From the sequence record OQ718158.1: 64,000 nt of DNA; one strand, 5' to 3'. This document shows, piece by piece, positions 20,381 through 29,910 of the stretch (its first letter is position 1; the number at the start of each line of letters is the position of its first letter). The translations under genes were made by a program, and so were the position numbers. A model generated the notes under the pieces. It did no database searches, had not been told where the DNA came from, and saw only the letters and a list, made by a program, of their open reading frames with translations.

Positions 20381-20406
20381 GATGCCTCATTTGGGGCATC
20401 TTATTT
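20381..20406 (+). terminator. probable intrinsic terminator
   Basis: GATGCCTC-attt-GGGGCATC + TTATTT. Confidence 0.6.
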
Positions 20407-20417
20407 CTGGAGATTAT

Positions 20418-20708
20418 ATGAAAGTTCTTGTACGTAATAATACTGAAGTCAATGATGTGTTGGATGATTCAGAGTTTATTAATGTCGCATTAGATCAGAT
20501 TAGTGCAGTAGCTCTTGAATTGAAAGGTGTTGACGAGGCAGAACGAGTACTCAATGGTTTTTCTATTGTTCTCGAACTAATGCAAGAAGTTCTTATTAAA
20601 AAGAACATTAATCCAATTAACGCAGTTCAACACGCAGAAGCTATGCGTCAAGAACATGGCACATTCTCAGATAAAAAATTCATCAGTACTGACGAGGGGA
20701 AAGAATAA
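20418..20708 (+). CDS. hypothetical protein
   Basis: GGAG RBS, ATG 20418. Confidence 0.7.
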   Translation: MKVLVRNNTEVNDVLDDSEFINVALDQISAVALELKGVDEAERVLNGFSIVLELMQEVLIKKNINPINAVQHAEAMRQEHGTFSDKKFISTDEGKE

Positions 20709-20709
20709 T

Positions 20710-21156
20710 ATGTCTAATGCACAATACAAAGAAGGTTCTGCCGCGTTTAAAAACAAAGTAGTTTTTAACAATGAACAGCTAAAATCACAGCACCCACTAT
20801 TCCGTCAAGGTTATCGTGCTGCACAAGCTGAAGCTATGAAGAAAAACAACGTAACATTCCCAACAACTCTGTATGATATTCCTAAACGTCCATCAGTGTT
20901 TAAAGCAGAATGGACTGACATTATGGCAGCAACTAAACGTCCTCGTTTTGCTAAACTTCACACTGATGAAGGTCGCTGGATGTTGATGGGTATTATGAAA
21001 GCAGTTGAGAAACAGGCACATACCATCGTTCGTTACAAAGACGTTGTAGCTATGGTTGATAAAGCATTTGATCTTATTCTCCAGTACGGTTATGATGAAG
21101 GTGTACTAACTGTATCTGATTGTGAGCAGTACCAGTACACTCCATTCCAGAAATAA
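20710..21156 (+). CDS. hypothetical protein
   Basis: GAGGGG RBS, ATG 20710. Confidence 0.75.
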   Translation: MSNAQYKEGSAAFKNKVVFNNEQLKSQHPLFRQGYRAAQAEAMKKNNVTFPTTLYDIPKRPSVFKAEWTDIMAATKRPRFAKLHTDEGRWMLMGIMKAVEKQAHTIVRYKDVVAMVDKAFDLILQYGYDEGVLTVSDCEQYQYTPFQK

Positions 21157-21163
21157 TTACTTA

Positions 21164-21191
21164 GGGAATCTTTCATGATTCCCATTTTATT
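21164..21191 (+). terminator. intrinsic terminator
   Basis: GGGAATC-tttcat-GATTCCC + ATTTTATTT. Confidence 0.75.
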
Positions 21192-21275
21192 TGCTGCATA
21201 TCAAAAATTATTGATCAAAAATTGATCCATACGAGGTAAATACCCAAGGTGTAATTGTTAATAGGGTAGGTGGAT

Positions 21276-21794
21276 ATGCAGCAATATAAATTATCTGAAG
21301 ATCAAAGTGATTTATTTTTCAATCACATGTTTTTAATTGATGAATTTGCCGAAAGTTAAAATTCAGAGGCAATAGCTATAGTTAAAAAGTGGTATTCTTG
21401 CTATAACAAGAACAAAAAATGGTATTGGTTGAATAGAAATTTAAAATCATTTCTAGGAACAATAACTAGTACTGATAGTATTGAACTAATATATAGTTCC
21501 ATTGGCTATAGTTACTTAACCAAGCATAATAATACGTCAATAGAGTCTGGCTTTAAAATCAAGCGTCTAATGAAATTGACGGGATTGAGTGCAGAAACTA
21601 TACAAAACGATACAGAAAAGTTATGGAAGATTATAGAATTCATGAATAAAAATATGTCATTTATATATAGAAACTATGATATATTCACTGATGTACGACA
21701 ATTTTATAAGAGTCCATATTCACTTAATGAGAAATATTTCCGACACATGGAATTATGCTCAACTATGGTTGATGAATGGAATTTAGAGGATTAA
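21276..21794 (+). pseudogene. hypothetical gene interrupted by one in-frame TAA (21357-21359)
   Basis: ATG 21276 with AGGTGG RBS is in frame with track ORF 21429-21794; single stop between. Confidence 0.55.
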
Positions 21795-21795
21795 T

Positions 21796-22323
21796 ATGAA
21801 ATACACTGCTCTTAGCCCAACTGATACTAAAGTATGGTTGAGTAATTTGAACAAAACTATTATTTTAACCAAAAAAGTGATATCAACAGCTAATTCATTA
21901 GATGTAAATATCAAGAAGAATGTTCTTAAATATCATCACCGAAGTAAACTTAGTACTTGGTACTCCAATATTTTTTACGGCTTATATGGGATGGATGATA
22001 TTTTAATTGGTACATCATCTGGGTCATGCTTCAGTGCTGGTGGTATGTGCTTTATGGATTTGGGTTTTTCATTATCCGATGAAGAAATCGAGTTTAAACA
22101 ATTCCGTGACAAGTTACTGGGTTCGGGTGATATCAAGTTCTGTACAGAATTAATGGGAGCATGGGACGTTTATGCAGCGAAACCATTTGACATTGAAGAA
22201 TCAGATGTGCTAAACTACCTTCGTGTTCTTAAAATACATTCGAACTGTAAAACCAAATTACAATCCCTAGGAGTATATGATGAAACACTTGACGTGGTTG
22301 AAGATAGCCGAAGTCGTGGCTGA
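21796..22323 (+). CDS. hypothetical protein
   Basis: GAGG RBS. Confidence 0.7.
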   Translation: MKYTALSPTDTKVWLSNLNKTIILTKKVISTANSLDVNIKKNVLKYHHRSKLSTWYSNIFYGLYGMDDILIGTSSGSCFSAGGMCFMDLGFSLSDEEIEFKQFRDKLLGSGDIKFCTELMGAWDVYAAKPFDIEESDVLNYLRVLKIHSNCKTKLQSLGVYDETLDVVEDSRSRG

Positions 22324-22759
22324 AGAGAGTAAATGCATTTCACAGAAAGTTGGTTGTGTTATTGTTAAAAATAACCGAGTATTGAGTACTGGTTATAATG
22401 GCACTCCATCTAAACAACCTAACTGCTGTGACGCTAATGAGCACTTAGTTAATGGTGGACGTTTCCAAGACTGGGTTAGCGATGACGCAAAGCATGAACA
22501 CCATGAATGGAGTAATATCCATGAAATCCATGCTGAAATGAATGCATTGTTATACAGTTCACCTACCGAACGTCAGGGAGCAACACTTTACACAACGCTG
22601 CAACCATGCTATACTTGTTCTAAGTTGATCGCGGGAAGTGGTATTGCTCGCGTGATTTATCACAAAAGTTATCCTCGCACTCCACCAGAAGCTATTAAAG
22701 TACTGGAAGATGCTGGGATTATTGTAAATTGCATTTATGATAAGGGGTTGGGACTTTGA
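22277..22759 (+). CDS. cd: dCMP deaminase
   Basis: KVGCVIV, GYNG, HAEMNA, PCYTC. Confidence 0.9.
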   Translation: MMKHLTWLKIAEVVAEESKCISQKVGCVIVKNNRVLSTGYNGTPSKQPNCCDANEHLVNGGRFQDWVSDDAKHEHHEWSNIHEIHAEMNALLYSSPTERQGATLYTTLQPCYTCSKLIAGSGIARVIYHKSYPRTPPEAIKVLEDAGIIVNCIYDKGLGL

Positions 22760-23016
22760 CTTTCTTGATTTTAGGTATCCCATTTGCAGTTGTGATTCTT
22801 GTACTTTTAGTGATGATGGTATTAAATGATAATACTACTCCACCAGTGATGCGTAATCATGAAGTACGATTTTCAGCACAAAACAACAAGTACTACATTG
22901 TAAATTGTTTAACTTGTAAAGAGTATAAAGTAACTGGTAAATTTGGTTTTACCATTTATTATAAAGACCGTGTTGAAGCTGACATGATTTGTCAGAAACT
23001 TAATACGGTAGAATAA
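22756..23016 (+). CDS. small membrane-anchored protein
   Basis: N-terminal hydrophobic helix. Confidence 0.65.
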   Translation: MTFLILGIPFAVVILVLLVMMVLNDNTTPPVMRNHEVRFSAQNNKYYIVNCLTCKEYKVTGKFGFTIYYKDRVEADMICQKLNTVE

Positions 23017-23046
23017 AAAAAAAAGGAGCCATAAGGCTCCTTTTTC
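23013..23046 (+). terminator. intrinsic terminator (possibly bidirectional)
   Basis: A-run + GGAGCC-ataa-GGCTCC + T-run. Confidence 0.88.
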
Positions 23047-23137
23047 TTTTGTTAGTACACAACTTGTTTGAATTTCAGGAAAACTCTTAGATCCAACAAC
23101 GAGTTCAGTACTACCACGTTATTTGTTGACAAAAGCA

Positions 23138-23165
23138 TAGACATTATACATTAGTGTGATATAAT
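23138..23165 (+). promoter_or_regulatory. RGACA-N13-TGATATAAT promoter
   Basis: TAGACA-16 nt-TATAAT with TG. Confidence 0.75.
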
Positions 23166-23300
23166 CATTCAAAAGAAGGTAAAAAGGTGGGATGATTCTG
23201 CGAGGGAATTTGTGAAGTGATATAAAAAACAATTTGACTTAAGTTAAATCTTCCTATAATATTATTTATGTAATCAACAATCAACTAAGAGGGTTAACCA

Positions 23301-23909
23301 GTGGTACGATTATGTAAAGAAATCATCCAATCTATTATTATTATTTTCTTAATTAACTTTCCTGCAAGTGCAGGTGTTGAAAGAAAAAGTATCATTAGAT
23401 ATGATGAATCTAAACAGACAGTTCAGTTCATTTCAACTTTAACTGAAAATACTGTAAACCGTTTGATGGTTTTTAGAGAAACACACCCATTTGACACTAT
23501 CATCATTACGTCACCTGGTGGTGATTTTGATGCGGGAGTGGCACTAGGAAATTTTGTCAATGATAACAATTTAACAATTATTGTTGAAAGATATTGTAAT
23601 TCTTCTTGCACTATCGCATTCTTTAGTGCTAATATAGAAAACAGATACATGATGAAGGACTCAATTCTAGGTCTACATAATGTGTCAATCGAAAGTAAAG
23701 CACGAAATAGTGATGACACATACATATCAGTTCGCCAAATGACTATTTTTGCTGAACAGCTATCAACTAAGGTTGGTGTTCTATTTGCGTTATATGCAGC
23801 GAATGGTATTCCTCCAGAATTGTTAGTGGAGGTTAGTAAGGTTCGTGGTAATGAAGTTGTGAGACTTACACCAGATCAGTTGCTCGAATTAGGTAGTATC
23901 ATTCATTAG
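23301..23909 (+). CDS. exported ClpP/crotonase-fold protein
   Basis: Signal-like N-terminus; ITSPGGD, CNSSC, LGLH. Confidence 0.7.
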   Translation: MVRLCKEIIQSIIIIFLINFPASAGVERKSIIRYDESKQTVQFISTLTENTVNRLMVFRETHPFDTIIITSPGGDFDAGVALGNFVNDNNLTIIVERYCNSSCTIAFFSANIENRYMMKDSILGLHNVSIESKARNSDDTYISVRQMTIFAEQLSTKVGVLFALYAANGIPPELLVEVSKVRGNEVVRLTPDQLLELGSIIH

Positions 23910-24001
23910 TATTAGATACAAAATAATAATATTATAATAAGAGGATGATAAAGTGGTACATCCTTTGTTATAAGTTCACATACACTAGGAGTGTATAAAC
24001 T

Positions 24002-24262
24002 ATGACAAATTTACAAAACTTAACATCTCTTGTTTTTTATGCAACAACTATTGTATATTGCATTACATTAGTTTTAACATGTTTCATCTATAAAGACTAC
24101 AAACGTGGTTTTATGGATTCCAGTACACACAAATTTGCATCCAAGTTAGAAGCAGGAATTTACTATGTTCTATCAATTTCTTATGGAGCATGTTTACTTA
24201 CACTAGGGTTGCTGATATACTGGTTGTATACGGCACTTTTTGCACAAGGAGTTATTTCATGA
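24002..24262 (+). CDS. small membrane protein
   Basis: Two hydrophobic helices; AGGAG RBS. Confidence 0.7.
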   Translation: MTNLQNLTSLVFYATTIVYCITLVLTCFIYKDYKRGFMDSSTHKFASKLEAGIYYVLSISYGACLLTLGLLIYWLYTALFAQGVIS

Positions 24263-24852
24263 CTTGTATTATCGCTCACACAAATGGCACATCTTCCTTC
24301 ATCGCTGGTGATAAATTAGGAAGCAATGGTTTCACTAAAGCAGTTCAAACTGAGCCTAAAGTGTTTGAGAAAGAGTTCATTAAACTCAATGAGGATGGTC
24401 TTTCTCGCACTAAAGAAGTAATGGCGTTGGGGTATACTACCTCGTTCCGCATGGGACAGTTGTTGAATTACAACCTAACTCTACCAGAACAAGTTGCAGG
24501 GGAAACCTTTTCACAGTATCTAGTACTGAAAGTTATTCCTATCATTCGTCAAATGTTTAAAGATGAATGGGGTGCTCGTGATGCATCACAAGATGTTGGT
24601 GGTGGTCAGTTCATTATTCTTCATAATCATACGATTTATGAAGTTCAAGAAGACTTTTCAGTACTGCAACCTAAAACACAAATTACTGCTGTCGGAAGTG
24701 GGACTTATCATGCAATTGCATCCATGTCAGCGTATATTGAAGTTCAAGAAGAAACCAATGTTCAGTTACATGAACGTGTTGAGTCTATTTTCAAAATTGT
24801 TAGTGATAATGTAACAAGTGTTAGTCCAGAGTTTGATATTTTGAAATACTGA
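24259..24852 (+). CDS. HslV/proteasome-like Ntn peptidase
   Basis: AAGGAG + ATG 24259 gives MTCIIA (N-terminal Thr); AGD, AVGSG. Confidence 0.8.
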   Translation: MTCIIAHTNGTSSFIAGDKLGSNGFTKAVQTEPKVFEKEFIKLNEDGLSRTKEVMALGYTTSFRMGQLLNYNLTLPEQVAGETFSQYLVLKVIPIIRQMFKDEWGARDASQDVGGGQFIILHNHTIYEVQEDFSVLQPKTQITAVGSGTYHAIASMSAYIEVQEETNVQLHERVESIFKIVSDNVTSVSPEFDILKY

Positions 24853-24874
24853 GAATAATAATTATAAAGAGAGA

Positions 24875-25075
24875 GTGTATCTGATGGCATACATAATTTA
24901 CGAGTGGATTTTTTGTTTCATAGTTGTGTTTATTTGTGTGGTGTTATACAATCACACTAAATGTTTATACCGAGAATTCAGGAATGGTAATAAACATGGA
25001 CACAATAAGTGGATGTATGTCTATCATATTGCTATCATTGTATTTTTAGTATTAAACTTGATACTTTTTATATAA
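24875..25075 (+). CDS. small membrane protein
   Basis: Two hydrophobic segments. Confidence 0.55.
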   Translation: MYLMAYIIYEWIFCFIVVFICVVLYNHTKCLYREFRNGNKHGHNKWMYVYHIAIIVFLVLNLILFI

Positions 25076-25084
25076 GGAGTAAAT

Positions 25085-25837
25085 GTGATATCAGATAAAT
25101 TTATACAAAATGCTGGGAACAAAAGATTACTTATAATTTCAGGGGCAGGTCTTTCAGTTGAGAGCGGGATGGAACCATTCCGCTTTGATGATGGGTTGTG
25201 GGACAATTTCAAAATTAATGATGTTTGTAACATTGCACGACTTAGTTCTAAGTATCATGTAGTTCATTCATTTTATAATACATTGCGTGTAAAATTAGGT
25301 GAATGTCATCCTAATGAAATGCATTACTTTATTAAATCATTAGAAGATTTGTATGGTGATTGTTTTTTACACATGACTTCTAATATGGATGATCTATATA
25401 CTAGAATTGGTGGAACCGAACTCAAACTACACGGCAATTTATGTGAAGTAATTGAGAACTTTTCTATTAATACCGATGATTACAATGTCATTAATTGTGG
25501 TTATGAACCATATATTCCTAAAGCTGATGTTTTTGCAAAACCAAATGTAGTGATGATTGGTGAGTATCATCGCTACGTTGATGGGGTACGTCTCCCCATT
25601 TATGAAGAACGAAATGAAGTGTTGAAAAGTCTCACAGAAAATGATACAGTTGTAGTTATTGGAAGTAGTGATACAGTACTGGTATGGTCCAGACTAGCTG
25701 GTGCACTTCCATGCTATAGTGTAAATGTTAACATCCGAAAAAATGATAATGATTTTCTTTTTAATGAGAAGGTCATCAAACCTGCGACGAAAGCAATTCC
25801 ACAGATTGAAACTATAATTAAGGAACGAATGCGATGA
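25085..25837 (+). CDS. Sir2/CobB-family NAD-dependent enzyme
   Basis: SGAGLSVESG, SNMD, LHGNL, KPNVV, IGSS. Confidence 0.88.
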   Translation: MISDKFIQNAGNKRLLIISGAGLSVESGMEPFRFDDGLWDNFKINDVCNIARLSSKYHVVHSFYNTLRVKLGECHPNEMHYFIKSLEDLYGDCFLHMTSNMDDLYTRIGGTELKLHGNLCEVIENFSINTDDYNVINCGYEPYIPKADVFAKPNVVMIGEYHRYVDGVRLPIYEERNEVLKSLTENDTVVVIGSSDTVLVWSRLAGALPCYSVNVNIRKNDNDFLFNEKVIKPATKAIPQIETIIKERMR

Positions 25838-26385
25838 GTAAAGCGGAAGTACCACTGGGGCAAATGGGGAAACGTGCAAATTTTGTATTCTGTTTCTTTT
25901 ATGCAAAAGAATGTACCCCATACGCTGGTTATGAACTAAATGATATCCCAGTGGTTAACTTAGTACTCCTACAAGTGCGTTGGGATGGATTGTTGGGTGC
26001 ATGTGGTGGAACAGTTGAAAGTACTGATAAGTCATTAGAAGATGCGTTACAGCGTGAAGTTCAAGAAGAAATGAACTATATCATTGACAAAAGTCGCCTG
26101 TCTCCATTAAAATCACTTGAATTGTTTCCAGAGGGACACTCACATAGCTATAGTTATGAAATGACTTATGCTGAACTTAAAAAACTTCGTGATAATTATG
26201 CATATGGCAAACATGCTAGTGCAGAGGTGGCTGGTGTAAATTTATGTCACATCTCTCGTTATTCGAAGGGACAAAATCGAGAAGCAGGATATAATAATCT
26301 TATGACACAGAACTTCATCGGAACTGCGAAACAAGAATTAGAGTATCTTGTACAAAAAGAAAACTTACTAATCAGCTATCTATAG
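25834..26385 (+). CDS. Nudix hydrolase, NUDT16/U8-decapping-like
   Basis: LLQVRWDGLLGACGGTVESTDKSLEDALQREVQEEM resembles the NUDT16 Nudix-box region. Confidence 0.8.
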   Translation: MSKAEVPLGQMGKRANFVFCFFYAKECTPYAGYELNDIPVVNLVLLQVRWDGLLGACGGTVESTDKSLEDALQREVQEEMNYIIDKSRLSPLKSLELFPEGHSHSYSYEMTYAELKKLRDNYAYGKHASAEVAGVNLCHISRYSKGQNREAGYNNLMTQNFIGTAKQELEYLVQKENLLISYL

Positions 26386-26394
26386 GAGTTTAAA

Positions 26395-26715
26395 ATGTCG
26401 TACTCAATGTTCTTGGATGATATTCGTGATTATCAAAAATATTATCCTGACCAAGAGATGGTATTGTGTCGTGACTACGAAAGTGCATGTGAATACGTAA
26501 TCAAAAATGGAATTCCAGCATTTGTCTCATTTGACCATGACTTGGGTGACTTGAGTACAGATGAGAAAACGGGATACACTTTTGCCAAATTTCTAATTGA
26601 TTATATGTTTGAGCATAATATTAAAGAACCATTTAAATACTATGTACATAGTAGTAATCCAGTAGGGAAAGTTAATATTGAAACTTACTTAACTAATGGA
26701 TTTAATGCACTATGA
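26395..26715 (+). CDS. cyclic-phosphate-processing receiver-domain protein
   Basis: FLDD, SFDHDLG, TGY, VHSSNPVG. Confidence 0.8.
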   Translation: MSYSMFLDDIRDYQKYYPDQEMVLCRDYESACEYVIKNGIPAFVSFDHDLGDLSTDEKTGYTFAKFLIDYMFEHNIKEPFKYYVHSSNPVGKVNIETYLTNGFNAL

Positions 26716-27014
26716 TTTCAACACATATCAAGAGTCTTATTTGCACAACACTGTTAGGTATAGGTGTTCTATGGTTCAGTTCATATCATGAGAACACTAA
26801 ACGTTACAATATTCATTACAATGCAGCGACTGTAACAGGATTAGGTCAATGTAATGAAAATAAATGCTCATTTACTTATAAAACCAGTACTGGTGAAGTT
26901 CGTAATGGGTTATCAAGAGATCCAGTATCAATTGGTCAACTAGTTTACCAGGAATGCTGGGAGGAAAAGGCTCGTGGTTCAAGATGTTATGTTGAATACG
27001 AACCGAGCATGTAA
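26712..27014 (+). CDS. membrane-anchored hypothetical protein
   Basis: N-terminal TM; four periplasmic-side Cys. Confidence 0.65.
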   Translation: MISTHIKSLICTTLLGIGVLWFSSYHENTKRYNIHYNAATVTGLGQCNENKCSFTYKTSTGEVRNGLSRDPVSIGQLVYQECWEEKARGSRCYVEYEPSM

Positions 27015-27075
27015 TATTCCGAGTCACTAACCATTAGTCGAGTACAAGGATGTACTCATAACTCAAGGATGTTTT

Positions 27076-28515
27076 ATGAAAAAATATACAATTGACACAA
27101 ACGTACTACTATCTGATCCAAATGCTACCATTGCTTTTGATGGAGCAGCTATCATTCTACCGTTCACAGTACTTGAAGAATTGGATTCAATTAAAAGTCG
27201 TAATGTGGATGTTTCCCGTGATGCTCGTGTTGCAATCCGTAACATTGAAGCTATCCTTTCTGATGCATCACATGAAGAAATTAGTAGTACTGGTGTTAAT
27301 ATTGCTGATGTTCATACTAATATGAGTCCTGAAAGCAAATTGTTTGTTATTACAAGCGAAGAAGCTGAAGCACTAATTCGTACTGCTGGTAACGAAGAGA
27401 AAGTTCAAACTCTTCTAAAAAGCACAGTACCAGATGATAAAATCATTTTAGTAGCATTAGCAACTGATTCAGTACTGGTTACCCGTGATATCAATATGCG
27501 TATCAAGGCTCTAAGCTACGGGGTGGAAGTTCAAGATTATCGTCATGATATCGTGATTGGTGATAGTGATTTGATTCACATTGGTCAACATCACCTTGAC
27601 CTACATTTCTGGGATGTGTATAGTAATCTGACTGATGTATCTATTCAGTCTGAACAAGTTGGTCGTCGTTTGTACCACTACATTCCAAAAAGCTTGATTG
27701 AACATATCATGCCACAAAATATTTGCATCGGTGATTACCTATATGATAATGCTGATGTTCTATTTGTGTACGAAGGTCAATCTGCAATTGAAGAAGATGA
27801 TGGTACTTTAACACCAGAAGATATTCTTGTATTCCAAGATATTGGACAATCTGTTGCTCTACGTGCTAAAGTGTGGGATATTAAGGCTAAGAATATTCAA
27901 CAAGCACTAGCAATCAACAGTATCCTAGATCCTGATGTTCATCTAACAGTACTGTTAGGTTCAGCAGGTACTGGTAAAACACTAATCACCATTGCAACTG
28001 CACTAGAGTTAGTTCTAGAGAAGAAAAAATACGACCGTATCATCTTCTCCAAAACACAAGATTCCCAATTCGAAGACATTGGTTTCTTGCCTGGTTCTGA
28101 AGCAGAGAAAGTGATTCCTTTCTGTGGTGCGGCAATCGATGCGTTGGAATTCCTACACAAAGATGATGCTAACCCACAAGGCAGTATCGAAGAAATCATG
28201 AAACGCAATGTTATCCAATTCAAAGCACTAAACTTCGTTCGTGGTCGTTCTTTCACAAATACTATCCTAGTAGTTGATGAATTCCAGAACATCACACCTG
28301 CTCAGGCAAAAACAATCTTGACTCGTGCAGGGATGAACTGTAAAGTGGTTATTATGGGCAACTTGAGCCAGATTGACTCTAAATTCATTAGTCCAGTAAA
28401 CAGCGGCCTAACTTATGTTACCGAGAAGTTCAAGAACTGGGACGGCTGTCGTGTAATCGAACTAGAAGGTGTCGTTCGTTCACCACTAGCAGAATTTGCA
28501 GAAGAAAATATGTAA
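27076..28515 (+). CDS. phoH: PhoH-like ATPase with N-terminal PIN domain
   Basis: IDTNVLL, ELD, DDKII (PIN); GSAGTGKT, FVRGRSF, VDEFQN. Confidence 0.93.
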   Translation: MKKYTIDTNVLLSDPNATIAFDGAAIILPFTVLEELDSIKSRNVDVSRDARVAIRNIEAILSDASHEEISSTGVNIADVHTNMSPESKLFVITSEEAEALIRTAGNEEKVQTLLKSTVPDDKIILVALATDSVLVTRDINMRIKALSYGVEVQDYRHDIVIGDSDLIHIGQHHLDLHFWDVYSNLTDVSIQSEQVGRRLYHYIPKSLIEHIMPQNICIGDYLYDNADVLFVYEGQSAIEEDDGTLTPEDILVFQDIGQSVALRAKVWDIKAKNIQQALAINSILDPDVHLTVLLGSAGTGKTLITIATALELVLEKKKYDRIIFSKTQDSQFEDIGFLPGSEAEKVIPFCGAAIDALEFLHKDDANPQGSIEEIMKRNVIQFKALNFVRGRSFTNTILVVDEFQNITPAQAKTILTRAGMNCKVVIMGNLSQIDSKFISPVNSGLTYVTEKFKNWDGCRVIELEGVVRSPLAEFAEENM

Positions 28516-28523
28516 TAATGTGT

Positions 28524-28551
28524 GGGACATTCGTCCCATACATGATATAAT
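28524..28551 (+). promoter_or_regulatory. RGACA-N13-TGATATAAT promoter overlapping a hairpin
   Basis: GGGACA-16 nt-TATAAT; ATGTGTGGGAC/GTCCCATACAT inverted repeat. Confidence 0.75.
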
Positions 28552-28581
28552 AATATTGTTAACAACAAAGGAGAAATACTC

Positions 28582-28779
28582 ATGGCAAAGCAACCTAAGA
28601 AAAAAGAACCAGTAGCAAAAGTTAAGAAAGTTAAAGTTATTCAATCTAAAGAACAACGTAATTACGAACTACGTAAAGCAGAAACCCTATCAGGTCTTCA
28701 AGCTCTACGTAAACAAGGTGTTCTAACTCGTGCTCAATACCGTGAGATCGTAGCACAAAAAGGTTATTGGTCCATTTGA
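28582..28779 (+). CDS. small basic protein
   Basis: AAGGAG RBS; Lys-rich N-terminus. Confidence 0.75.
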   Translation: MAKQPKKKEPVAKVKKVKVIQSKEQRNYELRKAETLSGLQALRKQGVLTRAQYREIVAQKGYWSI

Positions 28780-28873
28780 GGCAATAAACTGGAGTTCATG
28801 ATAAATACTTTCATAAGAATAATAATACTTTTTATTAATTTAAAAAGAACTCCATGTGTTATTTCAGTTTTTC

Positions 28874-28900
28874 ATCCCTGTCTTTTGGCAGGGATTTTTT
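28874..28900 (+). terminator. intrinsic terminator
   Basis: ATCCCTGTC-tttt-GGCAGGGAT + T-run. Confidence 0.85.
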
Positions 28901-28995
28901 CTTTCTAGATATTGACAAAAGGATTAAACCATGAGAACATGTAGTAAAGGAAGAATGACATTCCATTAGGTTAGTTTAACTTAAAGGAGAAATAT

Positions 28996-29553
28996 ATGTT
29001 TTTTGACCAAACATTTACGTTGTACCATGATTCAGGTAAAGTTGAGATTATTGATAATCTGTTAGAGTACATTGCGGAACATGACGGTATAGACCGTTTC
29101 CACAGTAAGATGAAATTCGATTTAGCTGAATTCAACAAAAAGAATCGTGAAACATTTTGGAAGAACCGTTTCTATTACGAAATGTATCCAGAAAAGTTCG
29201 TAGGTTATTATCTTTGTACTGAAAAAGGATTACTTGTATCTCCTGATTTACTTATGGGTGAATACATGATACTCTATAATGAGTACTGGGAACATAAGCG
29301 TAATGCTCGTGACACTGAATGGCGACACAAGCGTTCGTATATGTACAAACATAACCACTCCAGATACAAACGTCCTAAGACCCAACAAGAGCGTCGTATG
29401 GCTTGTGCAGTACTGAAGGATGAGGGGGAACCTGAAATACGTGGAAGACGTAAGATGCGTTCATTGCCATCGTATTGGGATGATATCAGAACAAGACACA
29501 GTACTGGCTGGAAATACAGTACAAAACGTAAACATCAATACAAAGGGAGCTAA
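28996..29553 (+). CDS. conserved phage hypothetical protein with basic C-terminus
   Basis: AAGGAG RBS; PKTQQERR...LPSYWDD...WK. Confidence 0.8.
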   Translation: MFFDQTFTLYHDSGKVEIIDNLLEYIAEHDGIDRFHSKMKFDLAEFNKKNRETFWKNRFYYEMYPEKFVGYYLCTEKGLLVSPDLLMGEYMILYNEYWEHKRNARDTEWRHKRSYMYKHNHSRYKRPKTQQERRMACAVLKDEGEPEIRGRRKMRSLPSYWDDIRTRHSTGWKYSTKRKHQYKGS

Positions 29554-29571
29554 TGCTCCCTAATTTTATAG

Positions 29572-29910
29572 GTGAACTTTATGAACAAAATTGACGTTAC
29601 TGTAGTGATTGGTTATATTGAAATTGAACCGTGTGGCATTGATACCTTTATTGACACTCTTAATAAGTATCGTGCTGAATATGACGGTCACATTAGTCTT
29701 TCACCAGACAGTGGTTACGGCGGTTTTCATGGATACAATGTAATTTGGACCAGAGAAGAAACTGACGAAGAATACCATGCACGAATTGAAGCTGAATCTA
29801 AAAGACGTGAAGAAATTGAACGTCAAGAAATGAAACACTTGATGAACAAGAAATCATTAAGTACCGAAGAGAAATCTAAACTTTTAAAATACATCAAGGA
29901 TTACATGTAA
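29572..29910 (+). CDS. hypothetical protein
   Basis: REETDEEY motif. Confidence 0.7.
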   Translation: MNFMNKIDVTVVIGYIEIEPCGIDTFIDTLNKYRAEYDGHISLSPDSGYGGFHGYNVIWTREETDEEYHARIEAESKRREEIERQEMKHLMNKKSLSTEEKSKLLKYIKDYM

